NCBI GenBank assembly: GCA_021513715.1
Contig: CP084167.1
Location: 3,040,001-3,104,000, forward strand
DNA length: 64,000 nucleotides
Reading direction: 5' to 3'
Source: Candidatus Heimdallarchaeum endolithica
Lineage (GTDB): Archaea; Asgardarchaeota; Heimdallarchaeia; Heimdallarchaeales; Heimdallarchaeaceae
How positions within the stretch are numbered: position 1 is the stretch's first letter; each line of letters opens with the position of its first letter. The notes under the pieces were generated by a model that was not told the origin of the DNA, did not search any database, and saw nothing but the letters and a program-made list of their open reading frames with translations. Shown piece after piece: positions 16,794-28,800 of the stretch. A program made the position numbers and the translations under genes.

Positions 16794-18260
16794 CTAAATA
16801 AAAGGGTTTTTTACTAATCCCAAAGCCATTAAAGTTTTTAGTATTTTCATTCCTATTCTGATTTTGAAATCCATTTTTTTAGCTGTCACACTTAATTTAG
16901 AAACACGTATATATGGTACTTCATTGTTCAGTCCTTGTCTACGTTCTTTAGAGATTAGATCAATATTTTGTATAAGTTCAGGTATTGTTCCTGAAATAGT
17001 AATATCTTGAACTGGAAAAGCTATTTCACCATTCTTGATGTACCAACCAGAACCAGTAACAGAAAATCTTCCAGAAGAGAAGTCGCTCATGTGTATTCCC
17101 ATGAAGTTCTGAAGCATAAAACCTTCTTTGGTCTCTTGAATCATTTCTTCTTTTGAAGAATCACCTGGTTCAATTATAGTAGCATAATTTCCAATTGAAG
17201 GAGAGCGTTTGATGGGATTTCCTCCAAAAAATCCTCCTCTAGTTGCTTTGCCATTACTTTCCATGTTTAGTTTATTGGCATAATAGGAATTCAAATAATA
17301 GGTTTGTAATATTCCATTCTCTATTAAAGTTGTTTTTTGAGTGGGTACTCCTTCAGCGTCATAATTTGTACTTGTTATCATATCTGGATGAAGAGGATCA
17401 TCGATTAAAGTAAAATTATCTGCAGCTACTTTCTCACCTATTTTATCAGAGAAAACAGTTTCTCCTCTTGAAGCCTTATCTCCTCTTAGTAAGTCTGTTA
17501 GTATCATAAATAATCCACCGAAAAGGCCATATGACCCTTCTGGAGGAAGAATAATAGGATACTCTCCTGATAATGACAAAGTTTGAGGTTTAGCTACTGC
17601 TAACGTTTTTTCAATGGCTTTTTTAGTTATTTCTTGTGGGATAATTTTTCCCCATTCTCTAGCTCCTTCAAAATGAAAATCATAAATAGGAAAGCCATGA
17701 ATAGACAAAAATCCAATTCCTAGTCCATATCCTGCTTCTTGTTTGTATATATCTATTCCTGAAGTGTTTTTTAGAAAAGTTTCTCCTGAGTCAATGTTTC
17801 CCATTGCAGTTAAGAAATATAGATTCTTGGGTAGTTTAGAGGGAAGAAGTTGTTCAAAAGGTTCTACAGATTCGTCGATCCCCATATCTAAAAACTTTTT
17901 ATCCAGCTTAAGTGGATGTTCTGCTTTTTTAGTTTCTGGAAAAGGAACAATATCTGGATCTGGTTTTTTAGTCTTAGCATTTTGGATGGCTGCTTTTACT
18001 GTTTGCTGTATGTCTTCGCTTTTAAAAGAAGAAGTATACGCAAAACCATAAGCATTGTTTGCAATAACTCTAAATGCAATTCCATGTAAAATACCTAAAT
18101 TATGTTTTGGTTTGTTTTTCTCTAATTCAAGATTAAAAGTTTTTTCTAGTATTCCAAAACCTTCAGCGTGTTCTGCACCATTCTTTTTTGCATATTCTAG
18201 ACCAATATCTAGAGCCTTTTGTATTTTATCTTTTAAATCACTACTTACCATTTGTTTCAC
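16794..18260 (-). CDS. pmbA: PmbA/TldE family protein
   Basis: DAEGVPTQKTTLIENG, SGRFSVTG, follows tldD, lacks the HExxH motif. Confidence 0.9.
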   Translation of the reverse strand: MKQMVSSDLKDKIQKALDIGLEYAKKNGAEHAEGFGILEKTFNLELEKNKPKHNLGILHGIAFRVIANNAYGFAYTSSFKSEDIQQTVKAAIQNAKTKKPDPDIVPFPETKKAEHPLKLDKKFLDMGIDESVEPFEQLLPSKLPKNLYFLTAMGNIDSGETFLKNTSGIDIYKQEAGYGLGIGFLSIHGFPIYDFHFEGAREWGKIIPQEITKKAIEKTLAVAKPQTLSLSGEYPIILPPEGSYGLFGGLFMILTDLLRGDKASRGETVFSDKIGEKVAADNFTLIDDPLHPDMITSTNYDAEGVPTQKTTLIENGILQTYYLNSYYANKLNMESNGKATRGGFFGGNPIKRSPSIGNYATIIEPGDSSKEEMIQETKEGFMLQNFMGIHMSDFSSGRFSVTGSGWYIKNGEIAFPVQDITISGTIPELIQNIDLISKERRQGLNNEVPYIRVSKLSVTAKKMDFKIRIGMKILKTLMALGLVKNPFI

Positions 18261-19658
18261 CTATCCTACAACAATGTTCTTAACTGCAAGCCAACCTCCT
18301 GAGACTCCTACAGGAGCAGATTGACCATCTTTTCCACAAAAACCTATGCTATCCAGGGGGTTTTCAAATTCAGGAGAAACACCAATTATTTTATTTAATG
18401 TTTCTAAGGTATTGCCGGCTAAAGTAGTAGGACGATATCTTTCTCCTATTTCACCTTTCTCGATTTTATACAGCTCTGCTACACCAAAGTTAAAAGTACC
18501 TTTAATTGGGTCTACTTGTCCTCCTCCGCCTTGCATGAGGAGAAAACCTTCTTTAGTCAATTCTAGCAACTCTTCAGGTTTCATTGGATCTTTTGCTGGA
18601 GCAATATATGTGTTGGTCATTCTAACGATTTGAGGAACATTATAAACTTCAGCTCTAGCATTGCCTGTAGGTTTAAGATTAAAGTGAGCAGCTGTAGCTC
18701 TATCAGTAAGGTATGTTTCAAGAACTCCATTTCTGATAATATAAGTTTTCTGCCCTGGTACTCCCTCATCGTCGTATTTAATATAACCAAAAGTGTTTAC
18801 ACCGTTGGATTTAATCATTGAACCATCATCTATAAGATTTACAACTGGGTTAGCTATTCTTTTTCCCAATTTATTACGAAAAACTCCTGCTACTTGAACA
18901 AAGTCTCCTTCAGCTGAATGCCCAGCAGCTTCATGTGCAAATAAGTGGTTAATTGTACCATCTAAAACTACTGGATACCTGCCTGATTTAACCTTAGGAG
19001 TTTTTAGCCCTTCAATAGCTCTTTCTTTAGCTTGTTTTCCTGTTTCTTCAGGAGAACGAATGTCGAATAATTCTAATCCTCCAATGTGACCAATTCTACT
19101 CCTACCTTCTATTGTTTCTGCTCCTTCTCTAGCAACACTTGTACAAACCATCATTACATAAGGAACTTTATATTCAATTCTTAATCCTTCTGTAGTAACA
19201 AGAATTTGATCTCTCATAACTTCTCTATACATAGTTAAACGAGACTTTATCCTCTCGTCTTCTTGTGCTTTATCTGCTTCTAGAGTTAATTTTATTTTTT
19301 CATCAAAGCCAAAGTCTTTAATTTTCTTTTTTTGTTCTCCAATAAATTTATCTTCGATAATCTTAATTTCAGCAAGTTTAATATCTTCTTTCTTCTGTTT
19401 AACGTTCAGTTTATTAGCTTGCAAAGCCATAGAGACTACTTCTTCATATTTTTCAAAAGGGCCATAGGCAAAACCCCAGGCGCTTTGATTGAGTACTCTT
19501 ACTCCTATACCTGACTCTATGCCTGTACTTGAAGTTTCAATTCTTCCATTAACAGCTTTTATTTCTGTCATGAGAGAACTCTCAGCTCTTATGTCTGCAT
19601 AAGTTACTTTTTTTTCCTCTAAAAGTTTAAGAACTTTAGAAATTGTTTCTTCTCGCAT
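18261..19658 (-). CDS. tldD: TldD family metalloprotease
   Basis: HEAAGH, YDDEG, RMTNT, CGKDGQ. ATG at 19658 preferred. Confidence 0.93.
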   Translation of the reverse strand: MREETISKVLKLLEEKKVTYADIRAESSLMTEIKAVNGRIETSSTGIESGIGVRVLNQSAWGFAYGPFEKYEEVVSMALQANKLNVKQKKEDIKLAEIKIIEDKFIGEQKKKIKDFGFDEKIKLTLEADKAQEDERIKSRLTMYREVMRDQILVTTEGLRIEYKVPYVMMVCTSVAREGAETIEGRSRIGHIGGLELFDIRSPEETGKQAKERAIEGLKTPKVKSGRYPVVLDGTINHLFAHEAAGHSAEGDFVQVAGVFRNKLGKRIANPVVNLIDDGSMIKSNGVNTFGYIKYDDEGVPGQKTYIIRNGVLETYLTDRATAAHFNLKPTGNARAEVYNVPQIVRMTNTYIAPAKDPMKPEELLELTKEGFLLMQGGGGQVDPIKGTFNFGVAELYKIEKGEIGERYRPTTLAGNTLETLNKIIGVSPEFENPLDSIGFCGKDGQSAPVGVSGGWLAVKNIVVG

Positions 19659-19762
19659 TGTAATCAAAAATAATTCTAAATCTATATTAATAAACCTATT
19701 CAAATTTTTACATATCTTTGGAAAGATTAATCTACTAGATATTTCAATTAATCACGAGCAAA

Positions 19763-20479
19763 ATGAGCCAAAATCAACACATTAATGTTGTAGAAAATTA
19801 CTATAATGTACTTTCTAACATTGAAAAAAGTGCTAAAAAAGTAGGACGAGATCCATCAGAGATTACTTTGGTTGGAGTAACAAAGAGAATAGAAGTTCAG
19901 AGAATAGTTCCTGTATTAAAAGAAGGTTTAACAACAATTGGTGAAATAGTTGGAAAGGATCTAAAACAAAAGTATGAGCTGTTAAAACACAATAATGTTT
20001 CTATTCATGTGATTGGAAAATTACAGTCAAATAAAGTAAAATATGCAGTTGAAAAATGTGATCTTGTTCAATCAGTTCATAATGAAAAAATCCTTTCTTT
20101 AATTAATAAAAGAGCAAAAATGAACAAAAGAGTTTTTCCAATATTCTTACAGGTTGACTTTAGTAATCTTGAAGTCAAAAAAGGATTAAATCTGGAAGAA
20201 ACCAAAAATATCATCCACCTAATCAAAACAAAATATAATTTTGTTCAAATACAAGGTTTTATGACAATTGCTCCTTTGCAATATATGGAAAATAGAAGAA
20301 TTCTTGCAAAATTCTTTAAAAAAACAAGAGAGTATGTAGATAAAGAGCTTGTTCCAAAAATAGAATATGATAACTTGCAACTCTCAATGGGTATGACAGA
20401 TGCATATCAACTCGCAATTGAAAACGGTTCAACAATGGTAAGAGTTGGAACAGCAATATTTGGTCCTCGAAACAAATGA
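19763..20479 (+). CDS. yggS: YggS family PLP homeostasis protein
   Basis: VGVTK, HVIGKLQSNK, LSMGMT, GSTMVRVGTAIFG. Confidence 0.92.
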   Translation: MSQNQHINVVENYYNVLSNIEKSAKKVGRDPSEITLVGVTKRIEVQRIVPVLKEGLTTIGEIVGKDLKQKYELLKHNNVSIHVIGKLQSNKVKYAVEKCDLVQSVHNEKILSLINKRAKMNKRVFPIFLQVDFSNLEVKKGLNLEETKNIIHLIKTKYNFVQIQGFMTIAPLQYMENRRILAKFFKKTREYVDKELVPKIEYDNLQLSMGMTDAYQLAIENGSTMVRVGTAIFGPRNK

Positions 20480-20559
20480 TTTTTTATTTATGTTTAAGAG
20501 TATTATTTTTATAACAGTATTTCATTATCTTTTAATAGTAGTTAAAGTAGGTTTAATCA

Positions 20560-21774
20560 ATGGCAATCTGGAGATTAGTTAAAAATTCTATAAGATTCGC
20601 ATTCAGAGCAAAAAAAAGATGGATAACATTTGTGATAATATTTGCTCTCCTGTCTGCTTTTGTAACACTTTTTGTAAGTACTTTCAATGGTTATTCAACT
20701 GAAAAACTGATGTCTCAAAAAGGATTCTATATTAAAGCTGCAGGAACAAGTGAAAATGCAGGAACGGTAACAGAACAACAAGGAAATAACTTTTATGAAG
20801 AGATAATAGCTCTTACCCAAGTAGAAAAAGTGACACTATTTCGTTATTTTGACTTAGGAAATTCGGTACGTATTTTCAGTGTCGAACCAGATTCAAGATG
20901 GATGTTTCTAGAAGCAAAACCTTCTAAGATCGTAGATGGTAAATATATTACAAAAGATAATGAAGCCTTAGTTTCTCTTGATGCTTCAATTACAGCTGAT
21001 ATAGGAAACATATCTGCATCTTTATCAGCAACATTACATAAAGGAGAAGTGTTAAGTTTCAAAAAAGATAACAATGAACTTGATATAACCATTGTTGGAG
21101 AAATTGAAGATACAATAAATGCTCCAGGAAAGTTTAAACTATTTGTATCAGATACAACTTTTGATCAAATTCAAGAATTTTATAGCGACAATTCTCCAGT
21201 ATTTTGTTATAGTATCGCAATTTTAGTTAAGGGAGATTTGTTTAAACCCTTTAATCATGATATAAAAAATAATATTGAAACCCTTTCCCCTCAATCTAGT
21301 ATAATATGGATTAATCCTGATGATCCAGCAGAAACAAGCGAGTATGGAGTGTGGGCAGAACCACTTGTTCCAGACGCTAGAGCATCTGAAAAACAAAGGT
21401 TAACAGACTTTTTGTATTTCTTTGTTGGAATTTTGGGAGGAATGATTCTTGTTTTGTTGTATAATGCTTTAATTGTATGGTTTAGAAAAAGAGAGATAGC
21501 TGTTTTACGTGCAATGGGTTATAAGAAAAGAGAAATAAGAATAAATTTATTAGGTGAAAGTTTGACAATAAGCTTATTGGGTTTCATAATAGGTCTTTCA
21601 GCCATGCTAATCTATTTCTGGACACAAGGGTTAACATTTACAAATCAAGTAATCACACCATTAACTTTATTGATGTCATTTGGAATTGTGGTTGGTTTGT
21701 CAATTCCAGGATTGTTAATATCTAGTGTGTCTTTTACAAGAGTTAATCCAATTCTATTGTTTAAAGCAAGGTGA
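20560..21774 (+). CDS. FtsX/MacB-like ABC permease
   Basis: N-terminal TM, extracellular domain, RKREIAVLRAMG, three C-terminal TMs. Confidence 0.88.
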   Translation: MAIWRLVKNSIRFAFRAKKRWITFVIIFALLSAFVTLFVSTFNGYSTEKLMSQKGFYIKAAGTSENAGTVTEQQGNNFYEEIIALTQVEKVTLFRYFDLGNSVRIFSVEPDSRWMFLEAKPSKIVDGKYITKDNEALVSLDASITADIGNISASLSATLHKGEVLSFKKDNNELDITIVGEIEDTINAPGKFKLFVSDTTFDQIQEFYSDNSPVFCYSIAILVKGDLFKPFNHDIKNNIETLSPQSSIIWINPDDPAETSEYGVWAEPLVPDARASEKQRLTDFLYFFVGILGGMILVLLYNALIVWFRKREIAVLRAMGYKKREIRINLLGESLTISLLGFIIGLSAMLIYFWTQGLTFTNQVITPLTLLMSFGIVVGLSIPGLLISSVSFTRVNPILLFKAR

Positions 21775-22526
21775 GAAAAATGAGTAGTAATGCAATATTA
21801 AAATGTGAAAAAGTAACAAAAATTTACCGTAGAGGGCGTTCAGAATCTGTTCACGCTTTGAAAGATATAGATCTTGAAATTCGTCCTGGAGAAATAATAA
21901 TGATCGCTGGTCCTTCTGGTTCGGGAAAAACAACATTGTTGAACGTTCTTTCTGGCTTAGATAAACCAACAAAAGGAAAAATATTCTTTAATATATCTAA
22001 AGCGAGTGACAAATTCAAAGTTAAAGGATTGGATGAAGAACCAACTAAAAAACAAAAATTTATAGATATTACACAGTGGGATGAAAAACAATTAACAGAG
22101 TATAGACGATACAATGTGGGCTTCATCTTTCAAGCTTGGGAGTTAATACCAACACTTAAAGCGATAGAAAATGTGGAATCAAGTTTATATCCTTTAGATA
22201 TTCCCATAGGAGAAATAAGAGATAGAGCAAAAAAACTGTTCCGTAAAGTACAACTATTTGACAAAGAAAATGCTTTTCCAGACCAACTCAGTGGAGGAGA
22301 GCAACAAAGAGTAGCTATATGTAGAGCATTAATTAAAGAACCAAAGATCGTATTTGCAGATGAACCTACAGGAAATCTAGATAGTGAGACTGGAGAACAA
22401 ATTTTAAGGCAAATGAAGTTAATTAGTAGAGAAGGAGCAGCAGTAGTACTCTCTACTCACAATTTAGAATTAAGAAAGTTTGCTGATAGAGTTATTAGAT
22501 TACACGATGGTCAAATAACTTATTAA
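21771..22526 (+). CDS. ABC ATP-binding protein (LolD/MacB type)
   Basis: [26 protein letters not shown]. Confidence 0.95.
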   Translation: MRKMSSNAILKCEKVTKIYRRGRSESVHALKDIDLEIRPGEIIMIAGPSGSGKTTLLNVLSGLDKPTKGKIFFNISKASDKFKVKGLDEEPTKKQKFIDITQWDEKQLTEYRRYNVGFIFQAWELIPTLKAIENVESSLYPLDIPIGEIRDRAKKLFRKVQLFDKENAFPDQLSGGEQQRVAICRALIKEPKIVFADEPTGNLDSETGEQILRQMKLISREGAAVVLSTHNLELRKFADRVIRLHDGQITY

Positions 22527-22539
22527 TTTATAAAAGGAA

Positions 22540-24171
22540 GTGAAAAATATGAGTAATATATTCTTGAAATTGATCAGCAGTGATTTTGCTGGAGAAGAAA
22601 GAGAAAAAGTAGAATATTCTGCAATAGTTGGATTTGCTTTGGACCACTTCAATAAGGGGGAACAACTAGAAGGAATCTATGTGTGTTATCTCCCCTTTTT
22701 TGGAATAAGAGTGAATGAATCAAACTTTGCCATTATCAATGCATTAGATAAAGGAAAAAATCAGTTGTCTGTAAATAAAATCCCTGATTCCTCTGATATA
22801 AAAAAAATATTAAGTTCAGATATATCGATTCAAGAAAAATATAAACAAATTGAGTCTAGGCTTCTAAAAAAGAATGAAGAAGTAATAGAAGTAAATGGGA
22901 TTTTGAATAGAGATGGAATACAAGGATTAGCTAAACTTTTGCCACAACATACAGGAACAGCTAATAATAACTACAAAAAACTAAGTCCTATAATTTCTAG
23001 AGAGGAAGTGACAAACCAGATTCGTAAACTTCAGAATTATATTTTATCTGATATTGAAGTAGAAGAAAGAATAAATGCTTTTTTGGAAGATCTTGAGATA
23101 GTTATAACCAATGAGATTGAAAAATTAAAGAAAGAGAGAGTAAGTACAGAGAAAAAATACGCTGAAAAAATAGCTAAAAAGAAAGCAGAGATTCAACAAA
23201 AACTACAAGAAATGGAAGCTGAGGAAAAAGCAGAACACGCTAAAATAGACAAAGAAGTAGCAAAAAACCAAGCTAATGTAATTAAAAGTTTGCAATCAGA
23301 TACTAGATGGAAACAATATGAGAATGATATTAAAAGTCTAGTAGCAAATTATAATAAATTTTTATCCAAAATTAATGCTGCTAAAGACGAAAAAGACTTA
23401 GAGTTATTAGTTAAAGAAATAGATATTCTTCAACAAGATGTTCAATCAATAGGTATAGGATTGAATTCTGCTTTATCTGAAGTAAAAAACAGACATCTTG
23501 AATATGGTGACTATGAACAACAAGGTATAGTAGACAAGAGAAATATATCAGAAAGACTTGAGTCTTTAAGAGAAGAAGAAAGGACAGCATATAGATCAAT
23601 TGAAAATGAAAAAGAAACTGCTTTACAAGATATAGATAAAGAAATTAATGACGCAAAATCAATACTTAAAGAACTAAAAAACAAAAAGAAAGATCTCAAA
23701 AAACAAATCATGCAGAATTATGAAATGAAAGGGACTGATTTTACTTTGAATGCTGACGTTTTAGGTGTAGAACCAACAGTTAATAGTATAAATATATATG
23801 TTCCTTTAGCAATTGCTCGATATAAATACAAAAACAAGCTAGGACATATCGTCATTCCTCCATTCGAAATAGCAAACAATATGAGTAAACCAAAGAAATT
23901 AGCACTAGTTGGAGTTAATGGAAATATTGGTTTTGATTGCATAGGAATATCCTTGCTTTCAAAAATAAAAAGAAGTTTGGAATATCTACTTGATGAAAAT
24001 CAAAATCTGCAAAATGAAATTATTGGAAACAATAATGAAGTAATAGAAACAGGAGATTTAAATAAACTTAATGATGGCGTAGAACTATTAGAGCAGAAAA
24101 AGAAATGGAAAGATAAACAATCTGATAGGATCATACTTCAATATAGAAAAGTAAGAAGTTCAAGATCTTAA
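22540..24171 (+). CDS. Hypothetical protein with long central coiled coil
   Basis: About 200 aa of E/K-rich helical sequence flanked by globular alpha/beta regions. Confidence 0.7.
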   Translation: MKNMSNIFLKLISSDFAGEEREKVEYSAIVGFALDHFNKGEQLEGIYVCYLPFFGIRVNESNFAIINALDKGKNQLSVNKIPDSSDIKKILSSDISIQEKYKQIESRLLKKNEEVIEVNGILNRDGIQGLAKLLPQHTGTANNNYKKLSPIISREEVTNQIRKLQNYILSDIEVEERINAFLEDLEIVITNEIEKLKKERVSTEKKYAEKIAKKKAEIQQKLQEMEAEEKAEHAKIDKEVAKNQANVIKSLQSDTRWKQYENDIKSLVANYNKFLSKINAAKDEKDLELLVKEIDILQQDVQSIGIGLNSALSEVKNRHLEYGDYEQQGIVDKRNISERLESLREEERTAYRSIENEKETALQDIDKEINDAKSILKELKNKKKDLKKQIMQNYEMKGTDFTLNADVLGVEPTVNSINIYVPLAIARYKYKNKLGHIVIPPFEIANNMSKPKKLALVGVNGNIGFDCIGISLLSKIKRSLEYLLDENQNLQNEIIGNNNEVIETGDLNKLNDGVELLEQKKKWKDKQSDRIILQYRKVRSSRS

Positions 24172-24338
24172 ATCCTTTTTACTTTTTTACATTATAATGA
24201 AAAACTCTTTTTTTCTTCTTTTTTGAAAATAGAACAAGATTTAATACATATTAATCTTATAACTTCATTTTATAATGTATATTTGTAAACTCAGAAACAA
24301 AGGTTCAAAAACATAGTAAGAAGCCTTACTCCTAGGTT

Positions 24339-25259
24339 ATGAAATCTACAAAATTTATTTTTACTACTCTTAATCTTTCTAAAGAGTTCCTAGAATCGAT
24401 TTTTACATTGGCGAGCAAAATAGAACAAAATCTTGAAAATTATTCAGACAAGTGTAAGGGTAAAATATTAGCTACTCTCTTTTTTGAACCTAGTACAAGG
24501 ACAATGTTATCTTTTGAAAGTGCAATGTTAAGATTAGGAGGTTCAATATTAGGTTTTTCTAGTGCTAAAACCAGTAGTTTAGCAAAAGGAGAAACTATTG
24601 CTGATACTCTGAGAATGATTAATGGATATGCAGATATAGCAGTTATACGACATTTCTTGGAAGGAGTAGGAGAAATAGCTAAAAAATATTCATCTATACC
24701 TGTTATTTCTGGGGGAACAGGAACACAAGCTCACCCAACCCAAGCGATGCTAGATCTATATACAATAAAAAATGCATTTGGTACAATTGATGGACTCAAA
24801 GTTGCATTGATGGGCGATCTAAAATATGGAAGAACAATTCCTTCTCTTTTATATGGGTTAGCAAAATATGAAAACGTTACTGTATATTTAGTATCTCCCA
24901 AAGAACTAAAGATAAGAAATCATGTGAGACAAAGGTTGAAAGATTTTAACTTAAAATTCTATGAGATAGATGACGTTTCTCAAATAATTGATGAATTAGA
25001 TGTGTTATATGTTACCAGAATACAAAAGGAAAGATTTCCTGATCAACTGGATTATGAAAGATTAAAGAGCTCCTATAAAATTTCACCTAGCACACTTAAA
25101 GATACAAAAAAATCTTTTATTTTACTACACCCTCTTCCTCGAGTGGATGAAATAACTCCAGAAGTAGATGATTTGGGTTGTGCAAAGTATTTTGAACAAG
25201 CAAAAAATGGAGTATACGTGAGAATGGCAATTATTCTCAAGTTACTTGGAGTTGAATGA
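24339..25259 (+). CDS. pyrB: Aspartate carbamoyltransferase catalytic subunit
   Basis: FFEPSTRT, HPTQ, GDLKYGRT, HPLPR. Confidence 0.96.
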   Translation: MKSTKFIFTTLNLSKEFLESIFTLASKIEQNLENYSDKCKGKILATLFFEPSTRTMLSFESAMLRLGGSILGFSSAKTSSLAKGETIADTLRMINGYADIAVIRHFLEGVGEIAKKYSSIPVISGGTGTQAHPTQAMLDLYTIKNAFGTIDGLKVALMGDLKYGRTIPSLLYGLAKYENVTVYLVSPKELKIRNHVRQRLKDFNLKFYEIDDVSQIIDELDVLYVTRIQKERFPDQLDYERLKSSYKISPSTLKDTKKSFILLHPLPRVDEITPEVDDLGCAKYFEQAKNGVYVRMAIILKLLGVE

Positions 25260-25260
25260 A

Positions 25261-25734
25261 ATGGAAACAGTAAAAGAAAAAAAATTAATCGTAACAAAAA
25301 TCAAAGAAGGAACTGTTATTGATAGAATTCCTCCAGGAAAAGCTATGAAAGTTTTACATGTTCTTGGTATTAATGAGAATTACCCCTATACTGTGGCTTT
25401 AGCTATGAGGGTTAAATCAAAAAAAATGCAATTAAAGGACATTGTAAAAATTAAAGGAAAAATGTTAACTCCTGAAGAAAGTCAAAAATTATCTCTTATA
25501 GCTCCAAACGCTGTTGTAAATATCATTAATGATTATAAAGTAGAGAAAAAGATAGTTCTGGAAATCCCTGAACAGGTAAGTGAAATAATAAGGTGCTTAA
25601 ATCCAAACTGTGTCACTAATAATAGAGAACCTGTTTCTCCCATTTTTTCTGTTGTATCTAAGGAACCTTTAATTCTCAGATGTAAATATTGTGACAGATT
25701 ACTTGAAGGGCAAAACCTTTCTGAGCAATTATAG
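25261..25734 (+). CDS. pyrI: Aspartate carbamoyltransferase regulatory subunit
   Basis: IKEGTVIDRI, KDIVKI, CLNPNC...CKYC. Confidence 0.95.
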   Translation: METVKEKKLIVTKIKEGTVIDRIPPGKAMKVLHVLGINENYPYTVALAMRVKSKKMQLKDIVKIKGKMLTPEESQKLSLIAPNAVVNIINDYKVEKKIVLEIPEQVSEIIRCLNPNCVTNNREPVSPIFSVVSKEPLILRCKYCDRLLEGQNLSEQL

Positions 25735-25815
25735 TAAAAAATGGTTATTTTACTTAATTTAGAATTGAAAAAAAGAAAAAATCATTAATTCTTTTTTAAT
25801 TATCACATAAGAAGA

Positions 25816-28800
25816 TTATTTCTCTTCTGCAGAAATTGATGGATAGTCAGATAATCTAAATATTGCTTCTTTCATAGTTTCTATTAAGTCAATTACCTTT
25901 TTATCTCCTTGTTCAAGTAAATAATTTGTTGCAACTTTAATCCCATCGATTAAAGGTTCAGTCATCTCATCAAACTTATACCTTGCTACAAAACGAATAA
26001 TATCACTTATTACTACTAATCTGTCTAAATGCCTTGTCATCTTCTTAAAGTATTCAGGTTCAATGTAACATTTAACAATCCAGTTTTTTCCTCCAGATAT
26101 AACAGAAATATTGTCAAATCTGTAAAGAGCTGTTACTTCACTTTTAGTTGTAAAAATCTCCTTAGGAATAGTCCCAAGATCGATATAGAAACCTTTTCTA
26201 TCTGTTGATAGTTCTAAATCACGGTTAATGAACGAATCATGAATTAGACGAATATAATTGTTAATCAGCTTAATTAAAGTATTGCCGAGAGAGCGCATGT
26301 TAATGTATAGGTTTGTTTCGAACTCTTTTCTAGTTTTACTTTTTGTCCAAGCTCTTTTAACAGTAAGCATTGCACTTTTTGCATCTTGAATCATTTGATT
26401 ATATGAATCATCAATAACATAGTCGGGGATTCTACGATAAAGTAAAATAGAAAGAGCAATCTCTAGGAAATTTTTTGGCAATTCTTCTAATTCTCGTTCT
26501 CTTACTTCTTTAATTGTTGCATCAATTTTTGTCTTGCATTCTTCTACACTAGGAGTAAATTGATTAGGTTGAAGTTTTTTGTAGTGAAAAGCGTCATCAA
26601 TCCACTTTTCATAATTTTTCCTGATATAGTCTAAATGCGTGTCAATGGTACCTATTTTGAACTTTACCCAGTGTTGAATGTCAGAAAATATTTTTTTGTT
26701 TACAGGTTCCCATGATTTTATTATTTTTCCTCTTATTTTCTTAAGTTCTTTTTCAGCAGAAGTGTAAAGTTTTTTTGCTATTTCGCAGTAATGAATATCA
26801 TTGCTCCTTAGTTGAGCAAAAGAGGAAAGCAAAGTCTGTAAAGCTTTTTGAACCTTACTTGAATTCTTATTCCAAATATCATAACAACTAACATGATAGT
26901 TTTTGTTTGCAAAGTTTTCTGGAACATCTTTGAATTCAGGAAAAGATGGAAATGATTCTTTAATCTCTGGAAGTAAATTAGCATTTCTTAATTTAGATAC
27001 TCTTTCCTTTTGGAATAGTGTGATGAGATTATCCAATTTAGCTACTATGTCTGATTCAAATTTGAATATTTTTTCAGGATAACTACTCATCATTTTTCTA
27101 ATTATAGAATTCTCATAACTTGCGTAAAGAATTTTATGGTCAATTAAACAAGCTGTTAAAATCTCAGCATTTGATTCTGCTTGCGATAGGGAAAAAACAC
27201 TATTGTCATATCTAACCGTTAAACTTGGTTTCAGTAATAATTCATAAACTGAAATTGTTCTTTTATCAAATTTTAGTTGTATTTTACCAAAAAAACTCTT
27301 TTTATGGACTACAGGTACAGACTTAATATACGCTTTTAGAAAACCAGTGTTTATGGCTCCTCCTATCAAATCTCTCGCTGTAAGACTTAATTGTTTGCCT
27401 ATTTCAAGTTCTCTTTTACGTATATCTTGAATATAGTTGGAAACGATAGACGAGAAAATATATAATGGAATGATTTTTTTGAAAGAATTTATTATGTATA
27501 AATAAATATTACCGAGAATGGAATTAAAGAATTGATCTTCAACGATCTTGACTAATGTTGAAATGATTGCTCTCTCTAGAGCCTTTGAGAAGATAACTGA
27601 TTCCTCAATATTTGAAATCTGGAGTCTCTCTCCCACACCAGCATTTTCAATAATTGAAGTAAGTTCTTTGAGAAGATTTTTACTTATATTTGTAAGTTTT
27701 TGAATTTTGCTAATAATAAATTCTTTTTTAAGATTAAGTGTTGATCCACCCTTCTTTGATTTTTTAACCGATTTTATATTTTCTTCACTGATAATAGCAA
27801 AAGTAAAATCACATATGACGCTCCAAACACTTGGTGGAAGTTCTCTTTCTTTGAATGAACTTATTAGTTGGTTAAAGAAAAGCCTTGCTCCTTGAAGAAT
27901 TAGAGGTTCAGCGTCTTCTGTTAATGCATTACAAATAATATCCCCTTGATTGATTGTACTTATTTTTTCTTTAATCATACTTTGAAGTTTTTGATATATT
28001 TTAACATCTCTAAAATCAATTAATCCCATTAGTGGCTGCTTTTTAGCAATGTTTAGAATAATTTCTTTGCTTAATTCATCAGCAATAAAAGTTTCTGCTG
28101 AATGTATCGCAGAAATTGAAAGATTAGGGTAAATAGAGTTAATTTTCTTTTCTACTTTTTTACCTAGATATTCATTAATTAAGTCTTCAGCGTTGGGAGA
28201 ATGTTTCTTGAGATAATTTTCAATTCTAGATGATATTTCATCTACTGCATATCTAGGTTTTTTATATTGTAAAATAGTAAAAGGATTCTCAAGAGAAATA
28301 ACATTTAAAATGTCTTGAGAGAGCATTTGGATAATAAGTTGACGTTTAAATGAGTTAATTGTTCCTTTGTCCCATGATTGTTCCTCTTCTTTTAGCCACG
28401 CATCTAAATTTTTCATCTGAAGAAGAGTAGGGAAGATATCTGGTTGTGTAGCTGCTTTTTCTATATGTGCATTAATTAAATTAATGAAAACAGAACTGTT
28501 TTCCTTTATGCTGATTTTTTGTCTTGCAATTGTACAAGCATTAAGAAATGATTTAGAAACATAATCTGGAGAAACAGTTCTTCCTGATTCTACATTATCA
28601 TAAAAATTAGGCGTAAGAGTAATAAATTTACCAAAGGATAAAGCTAATTCTTGTACTAAACTTTCATCCTCAATTGAAATTGAATTAGCTGTCTCAGAAC
28701 GAACAATGTATTGAACAACAATATTTGTTTCTTCGCTAGGCATAGTAAAGCTACCAAAGCGAACAAATTCATTCTGACCTGTCATAAATTGTGAATCGCT

